Positions 50,735 to 60,876 of a stretch of 64,000 nt of DNA are shown piece by piece. The notes below the pieces were generated by a model. That model worked only from the letters and a program-made list of their open reading frames with translations. It searched no databases and was not told the DNA's origin. Origin of the DNA: an uncultured delta proteobacterium (lineage in GTDB: Bacteria > Desulfobacterota > Desulfomonilia > UBA1062); NCBI GenBank assembly GCA_963785235.1, contig CAWAUM010000005.1, positions 352,001 through 416,000 on the forward strand, given 5' to 3'. How positions within the stretch are numbered: position 1 is the first letter of the stretch; each line of letters begins with the position of its first letter. A program made the translations under genes and the position numbers.

Positions 50735-50795
50735 TCCACTCCAGAGTTGCTCGAATCTTATCAGCCAAGGCTTTCAAAGAAAACGGGGTTTGCAT
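50735..50795 (-). pseudogene. Remnant of the C-terminal end of a receiver domain (hybrid kinase type)
   Basis: Translates as MQTPFSLKALADKIRATLE, similar to the LMKPFEIEDLAKTIRKVLD end of the 60966-63431 kinase. Confidence 0.5.
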
Positions 50796-50811
50796 GGTCA
50801 GATCCCTATTG

Positions 50812-51390
50812 TTAGTCATTATCACTGACAAGTTTTTGCCCTAATTCTTCCGCCTTTATCATCAAGGCCTTGTTTGCCTCGATTTCGCCTGCCCCCATGG
50901 CGCTACCATAAACCATGCCCACAATGCTTGCCCCAACGAAACCGAATGAATCCTGGAATGTCCTGAGCGCATTGACGCATCCAGAGTCAAAAGGGTCTTC
51001 CCCGCCATAACTCATTGCAATGGCGATCCGTTTTCCTGAAAACGGGTCAATTCCATGCGCGGGCAATGCAAAACACCTGTCCATCCAGATCTTGGTCTGG
51101 GCAGACATGTTAAACCAGTACACAGGGCTGGCAACAACCCAGGCATGAGCCCCTAACATGTTATTATAGAGTTTCTGCATGTCATCTTTGATAGAACAGC
51201 CCTTGCTGCCGGGTTTCTGACAGGCATAGCAGGATTTGCACGGGGATATATTCAGGCCATGGAGAAAGACTGTCTCAACCTTTGCACCTGCTGATCTGGC
51301 GCCCTTGGCTATCTGCTCAGCCAGTAATGCACTGTTTCCCTTTTTCCGTGGACTGCCTAAAATCACCAGGACCTTCTTCTTATCCGTCAT
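50812..51390 (-). CDS. Iron-sulfur flavoprotein / flavodoxin family (FMN_red)
   Basis: GSPRKKGNS, CKSCYAC...C, SPVYWFNMSAQTK. Confidence 0.9.
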   Translation of the reverse strand: MTDKKKVLVILGSPRKKGNSALLAEQIAKGARSAGAKVETVFLHGLNISPCKSCYACQKPGSKGCSIKDDMQKLYNNMLGAHAWVVASPVYWFNMSAQTKIWMDRCFALPAHGIDPFSGKRIAIAMSYGGEDPFDSGCVNALRTFQDSFGFVGASIVGMVYGSAMGAGEIEANKALMIKAEELGQKLVSDND

Positions 51391-51480
51391 GATGGTTCTC
51401 CTTAAGAAATAATTACCCAAGAAATAGTTATCTGCTTTTATCAGGGCTGAATCAGGGCACTCATTTTCTCTTTATCCTTA

Positions 51481-51882
51481 CTATTTCTTATCTTTCAACA
51501 TGCTAGCCAGTTTTGCAAAAGGATTATGGGTCATGGTATCAGTCTGATCTTGCAATTGTTCCGTTCCATCACCATCGTTGTCATACCTCCCATGCTCATT
51601 GTCATGGCAGTACACACACAGGTTCTCCCAGTTGCTGCCGTCAGACGGGTTGTTGTCATGGTTGTGGTCCTTGTGGTGTACAGTGAGCATGTTCAGGTTC
51701 TTGATGGTAAAGTGCCTGCCGCAGCGGGCACATACCCATGGATGAATCTTCAAGGACTGTTCGCGGTAGCCCTTCAAGCGCTCGGCATTGAGCCGACGGG
51801 CCTTAGCCACGAACTGATCCATCTCCTCTTTTGTTAACTTGGTTGCTCCTGTCTTGCCGGGCTTTGAGCTTTTGAAATCCAT
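51481..51882 (-). CDS. yajD: YajD-family HNH nuclease
   Basis: GYREQSLKIHPWVCARCGR, LTVHHKDHNHDNNPSDGSNWENLCVYCHDNEH, THNPFA. Confidence 0.9.
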   Translation of the reverse strand: MDFKSSKPGKTGATKLTKEEMDQFVAKARRLNAERLKGYREQSLKIHPWVCARCGRHFTIKNLNMLTVHHKDHNHDNNPSDGSNWENLCVYCHDNEHGRYDNDGDGTEQLQDQTDTMTHNPFAKLASMLKDKK

Positions 51883-51936
51883 GTTCAAATCTCCCAAAAA
51901 AGTCTGTTCATTTATAGAAAAAGACCAATAATATTT

Positions 51937-52338
51937 CTAAGTCTTCGATGCAGTTACATGATAACCGATCTTCTTGTCTTCCTCTACGGTATGACGAGCA
52001 AACCAACCCTCCAGAAATCGGATTACGTCGTCAATGGTACCTTTATCATTCAGAAAGTTCTGCATGCGTTTTGAATATTCATCCAACAGAGCTGCATGTG
52101 CCTGCTGCTGACGCTCAATTTCAGGATATTTGGTCAGAAACATGATGTTTTCTTCACTCGCAAAATGGTATTCTATGTATTTACCGAGCTCGGTCAATAA
52201 ACGCACGGCAATTGCCTTCTTGTTGCCATATTCTTGAACGATGTTGAGGCGGTTGATCAGTTTTACAAAATCTTTATGTTGACTGTCGATTTCTTCTATA
52301 TCAGTAAAATATTCATCTTTCCATTCGATCTGATGCAT
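51937..52338 (-). CDS. Bacteriohemerythrin
   Basis: IDSQH, HFASEE, W..RH..EED; GGAGG RBS. Confidence 0.88.
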   Translation of the reverse strand: MHQIEWKDEYFTDIEEIDSQHKDFVKLINRLNIVQEYGNKKAIAVRLLTELGKYIEYHFASEENIMFLTKYPEIERQQQAHAALLDEYSKRMQNFLNDKGTIDDVIRFLEGWFARHTVEEDKKIGYHVTASKT

Positions 52339-52486
52339 ATTTCCACCTCCCGTCCTATGCATCATAGTGCATATTCCTCATGGACCTGGCAAGGGGTCAA
52401 ATGAAGATATAAATCATCTACGGTCCATACTTCAATGAGGAGGGGTTGATAGAGAAACCGCTCTTTCTCTTGAGCAGTGCTTATGG

Positions 52487-53650
52487 TTATTTTTTCTTGC
52501 CTCCGAAGAGTCCTTGAAGCGTACTCCCCGCACCCTTTACTACCCCTGCAGCCGCATCCACACCCTCTTTCCCAAGGGAAGCTGCTCCTTTGGCAACCCC
52601 GATGATACTAATATTGAGGAGATCGGCCATGGAGAAGGCAATCCGTTGCTTCATGGTCTCGTTCAGCGAGAACGTGGGATTGTTGATGTCACCTTCCAGG
52701 ACAAAGTCCAGGGTAATACTGTTTCCTTTGTCCTTCAGGAATGTCAGCACAGCATCACGGGGGACTCCCATGAAGGTGCCCATAATACCTTTTGACGGGG
52801 CGAGTGTCAGGTTTGAGATGGTCATCCTCCCGGGTGCCTTCAGCCTGTTCTTGCGCACATCCGATTGCAGATCAAGGTCGAAGGTGCCCTTATTAACACC
52901 CGTATCATTTGCCTTTATGAGATAAGGTTCTATGGCCTTCATATCCACTTTTCTGAGCTGCAGCTTAACGGAGGAATCTTTGGTAGAGAGATCAGCCCAT
53001 CCTGAGATATCAACACGGCCATCCTGATGAATCCCTTTCACTACCCCCTTGATAGTAAACTTGCTCCTGGCATTCAGTGCCGGGGCGACCATGTCATCTA
53101 TAGTTACCTGGATTTTTTCCAGCCTTATCTTCAAAGGATGCCGAGCTACTGTGGCATCAAAGAATTCCACTATGCCATCTTTCAGTATGATGTTTCCAAT
53201 AATCACTTTATAAGGGGAAACAGCCGGTGTCAAAGTCCTTTCAGGGTTAACTTTTTTAGACAACAGGCTTGGGAGCATAAGCAGCTTACCTGCCTTGGTC
53301 CGATAGAGAGAAATATAGGGGTTTGCTACAGTTATGGAATGGATACGATACTGCCCGGAAAACAAGCTTCGAAAACTGGGGACTATGGTTACACGATCTG
53401 CCCGAATCGTATCGGTTGCAGGCCAGCTGCTCGATCCCTTTATTCGAAGTCCGTCGATAACTACAGCGGTCCAGCCCACCCGGATATCATGAATCTCACT
53501 GTCAGGGCCCAGGGCACCAACGACCTTTCCCTTCAGGATTCCCAGTGAAACCCGAAAGCCGACAATGCCGCCAACTATCAGTATGATGAGAGTCAACAGG
53601 CCGAGCAACCACCAACGATTTCCTTTTTTGTCAGACATGGATATACCCAT
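52487..53650 (-). CDS. DUF748/AsmA-like membrane-anchored protein
   Basis: N-terminal TM, beta-rich body, LEGDINNPTFSL. Confidence 0.75.
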   Translation of the reverse strand: MGISMSDKKGNRWWLLGLLTLIILIVGGIVGFRVSLGILKGKVVGALGPDSEIHDIRVGWTAVVIDGLRIKGSSSWPATDTIRADRVTIVPSFRSLFSGQYRIHSITVANPYISLYRTKAGKLLMLPSLLSKKVNPERTLTPAVSPYKVIIGNIILKDGIVEFFDATVARHPLKIRLEKIQVTIDDMVAPALNARSKFTIKGVVKGIHQDGRVDISGWADLSTKDSSVKLQLRKVDMKAIEPYLIKANDTGVNKGTFDLDLQSDVRKNRLKAPGRMTISNLTLAPSKGIMGTFMGVPRDAVLTFLKDKGNSITLDFVLEGDINNPTFSLNETMKQRIAFSMADLLNISIIGVAKGAASLGKEGVDAAAGVVKGAGSTLQGLFGGKKK

Positions 53651-53708
53651 TATTATAGTAGGATCTTGCCAATAAAATACAAGTAGTCAGTTTTATCAAG
53701 ATAAGGGC

Positions 53709-55016
53709 CTACTTCAGACATTGAAAAATGTCCATGCACCAGAGACACACAGCACAGGGCTCGTTGTTGATGTAACAGTCCTGGCTGAAATCCTCTCCAT
53801 CCACATAATCACACAGGGCAAAGTTACAGTTGAAACAGAACGGATAATCGTATTTAAGGACATTACGCCTGAAGTTATTGAAGTCCTTGCCGTTCCAAAT
53901 ATCCAGGATCATTCTGTCATTTAGACTTCCGAACGACTTCGGCCCTACCGCTTTCTGAAGTCCGTTGATAAAACACCTGTATTGATGCCAAAGGAAGTAA
54001 CATGGATGAATGAGACCATCCACTGATATAAAAACACATCCCTCTTCCATAAAATCACACCTGCGGGCACTCTTGGGAACAACCCCGGGGAGCTTTAAAT
54101 CAAGCCCGGTCAGAGAGGCTGACTCACGGGCCTTTTGAAAGATTGCCTCGGTTTCTTCCACCCATGAGTGCTCCATGTAAAAAAGTTTCTGGATGTTCAA
54201 TGTCACGCCTCTGCTGACTGCGTCAACCATCATGGAGTCCACCAGTTCGATTATCTGCTTGTCTTCAGGGCTCTTTTCATACTTCATATAAACATCGTGG
54301 TAACGCCTGATATCCAAGCCCTTTCTTTCTGCCTGCTGCTGATATTCGAAGAAGACAGCAACTGACTCGTCTAGATTTGCATTATAGACTGTCTGAGAAA
54401 CAAGGTCGGGATGGTATGGAAAGAGATGTGTTACAAGAGCGAAGTCCACACCCATGGATCCTGCCCATAGGATAGTATCAGGTAGCTCTTCTATGTTATC
54501 TCTTCTCAGCACGAACTCGATACCGATTTCCAAGACGGCGTTATGTTGGATCCTTGCAAGACGCAATGACTGCAGGGCATTGTGGACACCTGAAAGTTCC
54601 CCGCCTTTTCGGATGAGTCTGAACCCTTCAGGATCAACGGCGTCTATAGACAGGCAGATCTTGTCCAACCCTGCATTGATGAGATCCCGAGCAATCTTGT
54701 CGTCGATCAAGAGGCCGTTTGTCTGGAAGCCAACCCAGCTTCCCGGGGGCATTTTTTTCTTTGCCATCCGGATGAATTTGTTCAGGTCAGGATGGAGCAA
54801 CGGCTCGCCTATGCCATTGAGTATCAGGACCTCCGCAGTAGGTAAAGCCGGGAGCAGGGCATTAAATAAATCAAGGGTCATGTCTTGTTCGCAAAAGGAA
54901 TCTTTGCAGATGTTTTTCAAACACATGGGACATTGCAGGTTGCAGCGTGTCGTAATTTCAACGATCAGTTTAGTTGGGTGTGGTTTAAGCGCAGGAGATT
55001 CGTCAAAAGTCGTCAA
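53709..55016 (-). CDS. Radical SAM/SPASM putative metalloenzyme maturase
   Basis: CNLQCPMC, GIGEPLLHP, SPASM-like region and Cys-rich tail CFNC..C..C..CAVCLWC..C. Confidence 0.88.
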   Translation of the reverse strand: MTTFDESPALKPHPTKLIVEITTRCNLQCPMCLKNICKDSFCEQDMTLDLFNALLPALPTAEVLILNGIGEPLLHPDLNKFIRMAKKKMPPGSWVGFQTNGLLIDDKIARDLINAGLDKICLSIDAVDPEGFRLIRKGGELSGVHNALQSLRLARIQHNAVLEIGIEFVLRRDNIEELPDTILWAGSMGVDFALVTHLFPYHPDLVSQTVYNANLDESVAVFFEYQQQAERKGLDIRRYHDVYMKYEKSPEDKQIIELVDSMMVDAVSRGVTLNIQKLFYMEHSWVEETEAIFQKARESASLTGLDLKLPGVVPKSARRCDFMEEGCVFISVDGLIHPCYFLWHQYRCFINGLQKAVGPKSFGSLNDRMILDIWNGKDFNNFRRNVLKYDYPFCFNCNFALCDYVDGEDFSQDCYINNEPCAVCLWCMDIFQCLK

Positions 55017-55019
55017 AAA

Positions 55020-55844
55020 TCATTCCTCGATGCTCATATCAACGATCTCCAGATCAAAGAGATTAATGGACAGGAGCCTTCCCCGCAGCGTTGTCCCTTC
55101 ACCCAGAAGAACCTTTACGGCCTCAGCCACTTGGATGCTTGCCACCAGTGCCGGCGAAAAGCAAGGATTGCCCAGTTCTGCTTCAACACCCTTTTCCGAG
55201 GTGTATCCGCTGTAAAGCTTCTGCAAGGTCCTGTCCCCGGGATACTGTGTAGTCACCTGGCCGTACCAGCCGGCTATGCTCCCGTGAATCAATGGTATGT
55301 TCATGGATTCGCAGACATCGGCAAGGACCAGCCGCATTGGGATGCTGTCCAGGGCGTCCATCACAACCTGGGCCTGATTTAGAAGGTCTGCGCCGTTATC
55401 CTTGGAAAAGGCCTTTTGAAGGGGGATGACCGTGACAGCAGGGTTTATCTCCCCTACCCTTTGGGCCGCTGCTGCTACCTTTGATCCCCCCAGAGTTGTT
55501 AGAGTGGCATAGAGCTGGCGATTCAGGTTGTGTTCCTCAAAGACATCAGGGTCAATACAGATAATCCTTCCTATACCGATACGGGCCAGTTCTTCGATGA
55601 TGTACCCGCCAAGCCCACCGCAGCCAATCACTGCTGCACAACTTTTGAAAAGCCTCATTTGCTGTTGCCCGGATATGGTTTTCTGATTTTTTTTATAGCG
55701 TTCAGGAAGCAAATCCATGGAGAGAATCACTTCCTCCACCTGGATAAAGGAGAGGCCGAATTTCATGACAGCAGCTTCCTGATTGGAAAAAGTAATGAAA
55801 CCCTCTGCGGCATGGGTGCGTAGGAAGTCATGAAGCAGTTTCAT
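55020..55844 (-). CDS. moeB: HesA/MoeB/ThiF-family adenylyltransferase
   Basis: GCGGLGG, DPDVFEEHNLNRQ, ALDS. Confidence 0.85.
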   Translation of the reverse strand: MKLLHDFLRTHAAEGFITFSNQEAAVMKFGLSFIQVEEVILSMDLLPERYKKNQKTISGQQQMRLFKSCAAVIGCGGLGGYIIEELARIGIGRIICIDPDVFEEHNLNRQLYATLTTLGGSKVAAAAQRVGEINPAVTVIPLQKAFSKDNGADLLNQAQVVMDALDSIPMRLVLADVCESMNIPLIHGSIAGWYGQVTTQYPGDRTLQKLYSGYTSEKGVEAELGNPCFSPALVASIQVAEAVKVLLGEGTTLRGRLLSINLFDLEIVDMSIEE

Positions 55845-56068
55845 CAGCCGCCTCCCACAGGCGGGAATATGGCAAGGGTATCCCCTTCCTTCAAAACAGT
55901 TTCAAAATCAGCGTGTCTGCTGTTGACAAAAATAATGGCAGCCTCTTTTTCAAGGATGTTCAGCACGGCTACAACATGGCGGACCACCATGCCTTCATCT
56001 CCCTCCATTACCTTCTGGTCAAAGCGTCCGTGGCGGAGTGTTGTAAAGAGTTTTACTGTTATCTTCAT
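55844..56068 (-). CDS. moaD: MoaD/ThiS sulfur carrier
   Basis: Ubiquitin-like, ends FPPVGGG. Confidence 0.9.
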   Translation of the reverse strand: MKITVKLFTTLRHGRFDQKVMEGDEGMVVRHVVAVLNILEKEAAIIFVNSRHADFETVLKEGDTLAIFPPVGGG

Positions 56069-56093
56069 CTTTTAAGGTCATGTGTACAATAAT

Positions 56094-56143
56094 AAGGCCG
56101 TGCCCGGACGGTGCAATTATGCTCATCGACCCGGCACGGCCTT
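56094..56143 (-). terminator. Long stem-loop after aor (terminator or mRNA stabiliser)
   Basis: AAGGCCGTGCC (56094-56104) and GGCACGGCCTT (56133-56143) form a perfect 11-bp inverted repeat with further imperfect pairing inside. Confidence 0.65.
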
Positions 56144-56151
56144 GAAGTTCA

Positions 56152-57888
56152 TTACCAGTTAAACAAAGAGTCCATTTCCTCATCCTTTACCTGGAAGGTT
56201 ATGTTATGCGGCCCCACAGGATCAGTGTAGAAAAATCGTGGAAGCCGGTCGTCCTCCTTTGTGAAACCTGCCTTGGCATTGAAATCGCGTTCCATCTTAA
56301 GCACTTTCTTGCCCAGGGCCGTTACATCATCGCCCGTGAGGTTCCAGCCATAGAAGGCATTCAGGAGGTCGATGAGGGCCTGGAAGGTTTCAGGCTGGTC
56401 AAGAACGGCAAAGGCGATGAACAGGCACATACCTGTAGAGTCGATGGCAGCGGTTGCTATCTGGAGGTTCCGGGACAGCTCCACCTGTCCTTCCGGTTTC
56501 AGCGGATCAACAAACCCGCCGTTCTTCAGGATGTTGGTTGCAATTGCATACCCGGCGGTATGGTCTGCGCCCATAGGTGTAGTGGCATACGTCACACCGA
56601 TGCCCTGGATGGCCCTGGGATCATAGGCCGGAAGCGCCTGGTTCTTCACAACCGGCACCTTCTCAACGCCAAACACCTTGCCAGCCACTGCAGCGCCGCT
56701 GCCCAGAATCTTGCCCAGTGGTGTGCCCTTGCCGACTTCCTTGATGAGCTCAATGGCAGCCTTGGCATCGCCGAACTTGGCAATACCCGCCTGCATGGCG
56801 ACTCCGATGGTTACCCCCATTTCGATTGTGTCCAACCCGAAGTTGTCATCCATGAAGTCCATCTGGGCAATGGCATCCGGGTCATCGATGCCGCAGTTGC
56901 CGCCATGGGCCCACACCGTCTCATATTCGGGCTGCTTGGTGACAAAGTGCCCGTCCTTGTCAACAAAGGTGCCGGAGCATCGGATCACGCAACCGCGGTG
57001 GCAGGCGTGCGTGGCATTGCCGCCGCGTTTGGTTTCCATGTCGGCAAAGGTCTCGCCGCTTATCTTGGATGCCCCTGCAAACTGACCGTCTTTAAAGTTG
57101 TAGCCGGGGTAACCGCCTGCCTCGTTGATGATGTTGGTGAGAACATTGGTACCGTATGCAGGCAGGGCCTGGCCGGTGACTGCGTGAGAGGTAAGCCCTG
57201 CCACAAACACCTTGTTAGCGGCACGAAACTTTTCAGGATCTTTGGGCTCGCGGTTCTTGAGACCCGTATCGTCCAGCACGATAACTTTGACTCGCTTGGC
57301 CCCCATCACAGCCCCAACACCGCCTCGTCCTGCATGACGTGAAGGGCGAACCTCCATGTCTGTTATGGCTATTGAAGATGCCGCGAGCTTCATCTCTCCA
57401 GCCGGACCGATAGAGATGCAGGTGATCTTGTCACCATAGGCCTGCTTCATCTTGTCCACCAGGTCGTAATTGGGGAGCAGCTTCAGGTCATTATCCTTCT
57501 CGATCTTCACGCCATCTTTGTTGATAATGACCTTGTAGAGATCGTCACCTTCGGGTTTGCCTTCGAAGATGATAGCTGCATAACCCAGACGAGCCAGGAC
57601 CTGGGCACCCTGCCCGCCCGAATTGGCCTCCTTGATGCCGCCTGTGAGCGGGCTTTTGCATCCAACCGAGATGCGCCCCGACATGGATGCGGCTGTGCCG
57701 CTGAGAAAACCTGGCGCAATGACCAGCTTGTTCTCTTTGCCTAAGGGGTGGCACAGCGGCGGAACCTCTTTGGAGATGACGCATGAGGTCATGGCCCTGC
57801 CCCCCAGGCCTGCATATTCGCCAAGCCCTTCAACCTTGAACTGCGGGCCCCCCTTGGACCCCATATCAATCCTCAGTATCTTATCCAT
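56152..57888 (-). CDS. aor: Aldehyde:ferredoxin oxidoreductase (tungsten/molybdopterin)
   Basis: KSPLTGGIKEANSGG, GRGGVGAVMGAK, CHRGCVIRC, PEYET, GLDTIE, YDPR, GADHT. Confidence 0.95.
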   Translation of the reverse strand: MDKILRIDMGSKGGPQFKVEGLGEYAGLGGRAMTSCVISKEVPPLCHPLGKENKLVIAPGFLSGTAASMSGRISVGCKSPLTGGIKEANSGGQGAQVLARLGYAAIIFEGKPEGDDLYKVIINKDGVKIEKDNDLKLLPNYDLVDKMKQAYGDKITCISIGPAGEMKLAASSIAITDMEVRPSRHAGRGGVGAVMGAKRVKVIVLDDTGLKNREPKDPEKFRAANKVFVAGLTSHAVTGQALPAYGTNVLTNIINEAGGYPGYNFKDGQFAGASKISGETFADMETKRGGNATHACHRGCVIRCSGTFVDKDGHFVTKQPEYETVWAHGGNCGIDDPDAIAQMDFMDDNFGLDTIEMGVTIGVAMQAGIAKFGDAKAAIELIKEVGKGTPLGKILGSGAAVAGKVFGVEKVPVVKNQALPAYDPRAIQGIGVTYATTPMGADHTAGYAIATNILKNGGFVDPLKPEGQVELSRNLQIATAAIDSTGMCLFIAFAVLDQPETFQALIDLLNAFYGWNLTGDDVTALGKKVLKMERDFNAKAGFTKEDDRLPRFFYTDPVGPHNITFQVKDEEMDSLFNW

Positions 57889-58191
57889 GTGACCCTCCTT
57901 TTTTATGCAGCCTAACTAGTTAAAATATAAGGGTCTGACCAGGTTGAGTCAATGGGCAGTAGGTGGCTAACAGACGAATAATATTATAAATATGCAATTG
58001 AAAGCATATTAATGCTATACTGGTTCGTCTGGGTAAAAAGCAAAACACACGCTCAAAATGTCTAGAAGCGCTATTTTACAGTTCGCAGCAAACCATCAGT
58101 AAGGTAGGGCCGATGAAAAATCCCCTTTGCATGAAAAAATGCAAACCATTTGTCCACTTTATTTTGTAAACTGCATTCCTATCCGTAATGC

Positions 58192-59322
58192 CTACCCCTC
58201 CAATGCCGCCTTCAGGTCGGCAATGATGTCGCCAGCATGCTCAATGCCCACGGAGAGTCTGAACAGGGTCTCGGTAATGCCGATGCGGATCCGCTCTTCC
58301 GCAGACATAGTAGAGTGCGAGGTGAGAGAAGGAGAGGTGATGGTGGTCTCAACGCCACCCAGGCTCACCGCAGGCTTGATAAGCTTGAGGTTCCTCACGA
58401 ACCGGTTCGGGTCAAGCTTCTCAGGGTTAATGTCAAAGGAGAGCATGGCCCCATAACCGCTCATCTGCTTTTTGGCAATGTCATGGCCGGTAAAGCCCGG
58501 CAGGCCAGGGTAGTTTACCCACATTACTTCATTGCATCCCTCAAGAAACTCGGCAATTTTCTGGGCATTGGCTGACTGGCGCTCCACGCGCAGAGACAAG
58601 GTCTTGAGACTCCTCTCCAGGAGGTAGCAGTCTTGTGCATTCAGGGTCCCGCCCAGGTGACGCGCCAGCATACGAACGGACTCAGCCTTGTCCCTTGAGG
58701 CAAGCACGGCACCGCAGCAAAGGTCACTGTGCCCGCCCAGGTACTTGGTGCCGCTGTGCACCACAATGTCGATTCCCAGCGAAATGGGGTTCTGGAGTAT
58801 GGGCGAGGCAAAGGTGTTGTCAATGATGGTAATGATGCCTTTCGCCCTGGCGAACTCCGCTACCTTCCTTATGTCTATGATACTGAGTAATGGGTTGGTG
58901 GGCGATTCGATGACTATCACCCGGGTATCTTTGGTGGCTGCCCTGCACAAGGCATCGGCATCCGTTGCGGCAAAGGTATGGCTGATGCCCAGGTTCTTGA
59001 AATCGTCCGTGGCAAAGGAGTGGGTCCCTCCATAGAGCTCGTCCATGAGCACCACATGATCTCCTGCCCTGGCAAAGGCCAGGATGGCCGTGCTCATGGC
59101 CGCCATGCCCGAGCTGAACAAAACCCCTGCCTGTGCTCCCTCCAGGGCGCAGAGCTTGCTCACCACCGCCTCCTGGTTAGGGGTGTTAAAATAGCGCGGA
59201 TATGGAGCCTTTTCCCTGTCAAGGTAGGAGGTGGCAGACGAGGTGAAGATGGGGGTGTTTATGCCGCCCGTAATGTCGTCCCTGTATGTCCCGCTATGCA
59301 CGCAAAGGGTTTCTTTTTTCAT
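58192..59322 (-). CDS. PLP-dependent trans-sulfuration enzyme (cystathionine gamma-lyase/beta-lyase family)
   Basis: SSGMAA, YGGT, ESPTNP, DNTFASP, HSGTKYLGGHSD, SLGGVET, RLSVGIE. Confidence 0.93.
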   Translation of the reverse strand: MKKETLCVHSGTYRDDITGGINTPIFTSSATSYLDREKAPYPRYFNTPNQEAVVSKLCALEGAQAGVLFSSGMAAMSTAILAFARAGDHVVLMDELYGGTHSFATDDFKNLGISHTFAATDADALCRAATKDTRVIVIESPTNPLLSIIDIRKVAEFARAKGIITIIDNTFASPILQNPISLGIDIVVHSGTKYLGGHSDLCCGAVLASRDKAESVRMLARHLGGTLNAQDCYLLERSLKTLSLRVERQSANAQKIAEFLEGCNEVMWVNYPGLPGFTGHDIAKKQMSGYGAMLSFDINPEKLDPNRFVRNLKLIKPAVSLGGVETTITSPSLTSHSTMSAEERIRIGITETLFRLSVGIEHAGDIIADLKAALEG

Positions 59323-59366
59323 GATTCGCATCCTTCCGAAAGTACAAGACATGAAGTGTCAGCAGG

Positions 59367-59741
59367 TCATTTGGCCGGTGATGCCTTGCAGTCATTGCCC
59401 TCATGGCTCCACGATGTGATTGTTCCGGTTTGATCCAGAACAAAACTGGTTTTACACCACAAGATCTTCTTATAAATATCCGGGGTATCAATGTAATTTT
59501 CAGGTAATATGGATAAATACGGCTCCCCGACATTTTTTTCCACGACACGGTACCTGCTGTATTCAATTACTGTTCTCCCATCCGGAAGGTTATAGCTTTT
59601 GTTCGGTTGTCCAAAAACCAATACCAGGTCTTCTTCATTTGAACCGATCAAGGCATTCAACGCCTTTTCATAATTTCTGGTGGTTGCACACCCTGATACA
59701 AGTATCAATAAGATGAGAATTATTCTCTGCCATCCCCTCAT
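59367..59741 (-). CDS. Hypothetical lipoprotein
   Basis: Lipobox VSGC; GGAGAGG RBS. Confidence 0.75.
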   Translation of the reverse strand: MRGWQRIILILLILVSGCATTRNYEKALNALIGSNEEDLVLVFGQPNKSYNLPDGRTVIEYSRYRVVEKNVGEPYLSILPENYIDTPDIYKKILWCKTSFVLDQTGTITSWSHEGNDCKASPAK

Positions 59742-60390
59742 GTGTCCATGTCCTCTCCAGCTTGCATATTACTAAAATATTGTTGTGCCTGCCTTTGTCA
59801 AGGGGAAGCATAACCAGGATTATGTGGAGATATCACATGAAGTGGCCTGTCTTGCATTACGGAAAAATTGTCTTAGTATATGCCTAGGAGGAAAAAGTGG
59901 AGTTTATGGAAAGCATTATTGTTCAACATCCATAAATTGAGCGATATCAGAAAAAAATATTTCTCACTTTTTACCGTTTGCATTATGGATATAGAAAGGA
60001 AGCCGATTGCGTCTGATGTTGATCTGTTTCCTGGCCCGCCATTTTATCATAATGATAAAGATAGGCCATCAGGGACTTCCTACTCCATCGACCTGAAGAT
60101 TTAATTGATATATTCGTATTTATTAAAAGATAATAGTGACATATTTTTTCTGAAGCTATACAAGATGCTGCACATGTACAGCAAGTCATGTGCATGTACT
60201 GGATTAACCATCTATCTGAATCTGGCGGCGGGTGAAGGGAAATGTCAGCATCTGATTACAGAATGCAACTGGATTTCAAGACTTGGATCGCCGTATCTGG
60301 GACATTATTTTCATGGAACCAGGCGTGATCAATTAATGAATAATCAGCACATGGTTGCGATAGAAACGTTTTATTCATAGGAGACCACAA

Positions 60391-60876
60391 ATGGATAATC
60401 TTATTATCCGTCAAGTAGAATCATCTGATTATCAACCCATTATCTCTGTGCTTAATGATTGGTGGGGTGGCCGGAATATGAGCGACATGCTCCCAAAGCT
60501 CTTTTTTGTCCACTTCCGGAACACAAGCTTTGTGTCTGAATGTAATGGAAAGATAGTGGGTTTTCTCATCGGATTCTTATCACAAACTTTTCCAAACCAG
60601 GCTTATATCCACTTTGCAGGGGTTCAACCTGATTGTCGGAGGAAAGGACTTGCGGGCAATATCTACAGACATTTTTTTGAAATTGCCCGGGAACATGGCT
60701 GTAAATTTGTCCGCAGTGTTACCTCGCCGGTTAACAAAGTATCCATTGCATTTCATCTTCGCCTGGGTTTCAGCATTGAGCCGGGTGACAAGTTCATAGA
60801 AGGTATTTCAGTGACTGAGAACTATGATGGGCAAGGCAGTGACCGGGTTCTGTTTGTAAAATCCCTCAGTGCATAA
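60391..60876 (+). CDS. GNAT-family N-acetyltransferase
   Basis: AYIHFAGVQPDCRRKGLA, VTSPVNKVSIAFHLRLGF; AGGAG RBS. Confidence 0.9.
   Translation: MDNLIIRQVESSDYQPIISVLNDWWGGRNMSDMLPKLFFVHFRNTSFVSECNGKIVGFLIGFLSQTFPNQAYIHFAGVQPDCRRKGLAGNIYRHFFEIAREHGCKFVRSVTSPVNKVSIAFHLRLGFSIEPGDKFIEGISVTENYDGQGSDRVLFVKSLSA

Noticed and set aside
54454-55215. 253-aa + strand ORF
   Set aside because: It is antisense to the rSAM and moeB genes, with Ser/Arg-rich shadow composition.
56206-57342. 378-aa ORF antisense to aor
   Set aside because: It is a shadow ORF of a GC-rich, codon-biased gene and has no recognisable motifs.
57890-58190. Moco/Wco riboswitch or sigma-54 promoter upstream of aor
   Set aside because: No convincing structure was found, and the best -24/-12 candidate lacks the invariant GG.
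59880-60380. Short ORFs between the lipoprotein and GNAT genes
   Set aside because: They have no RBS or motif support; the region may be decayed sequence but cannot be called.
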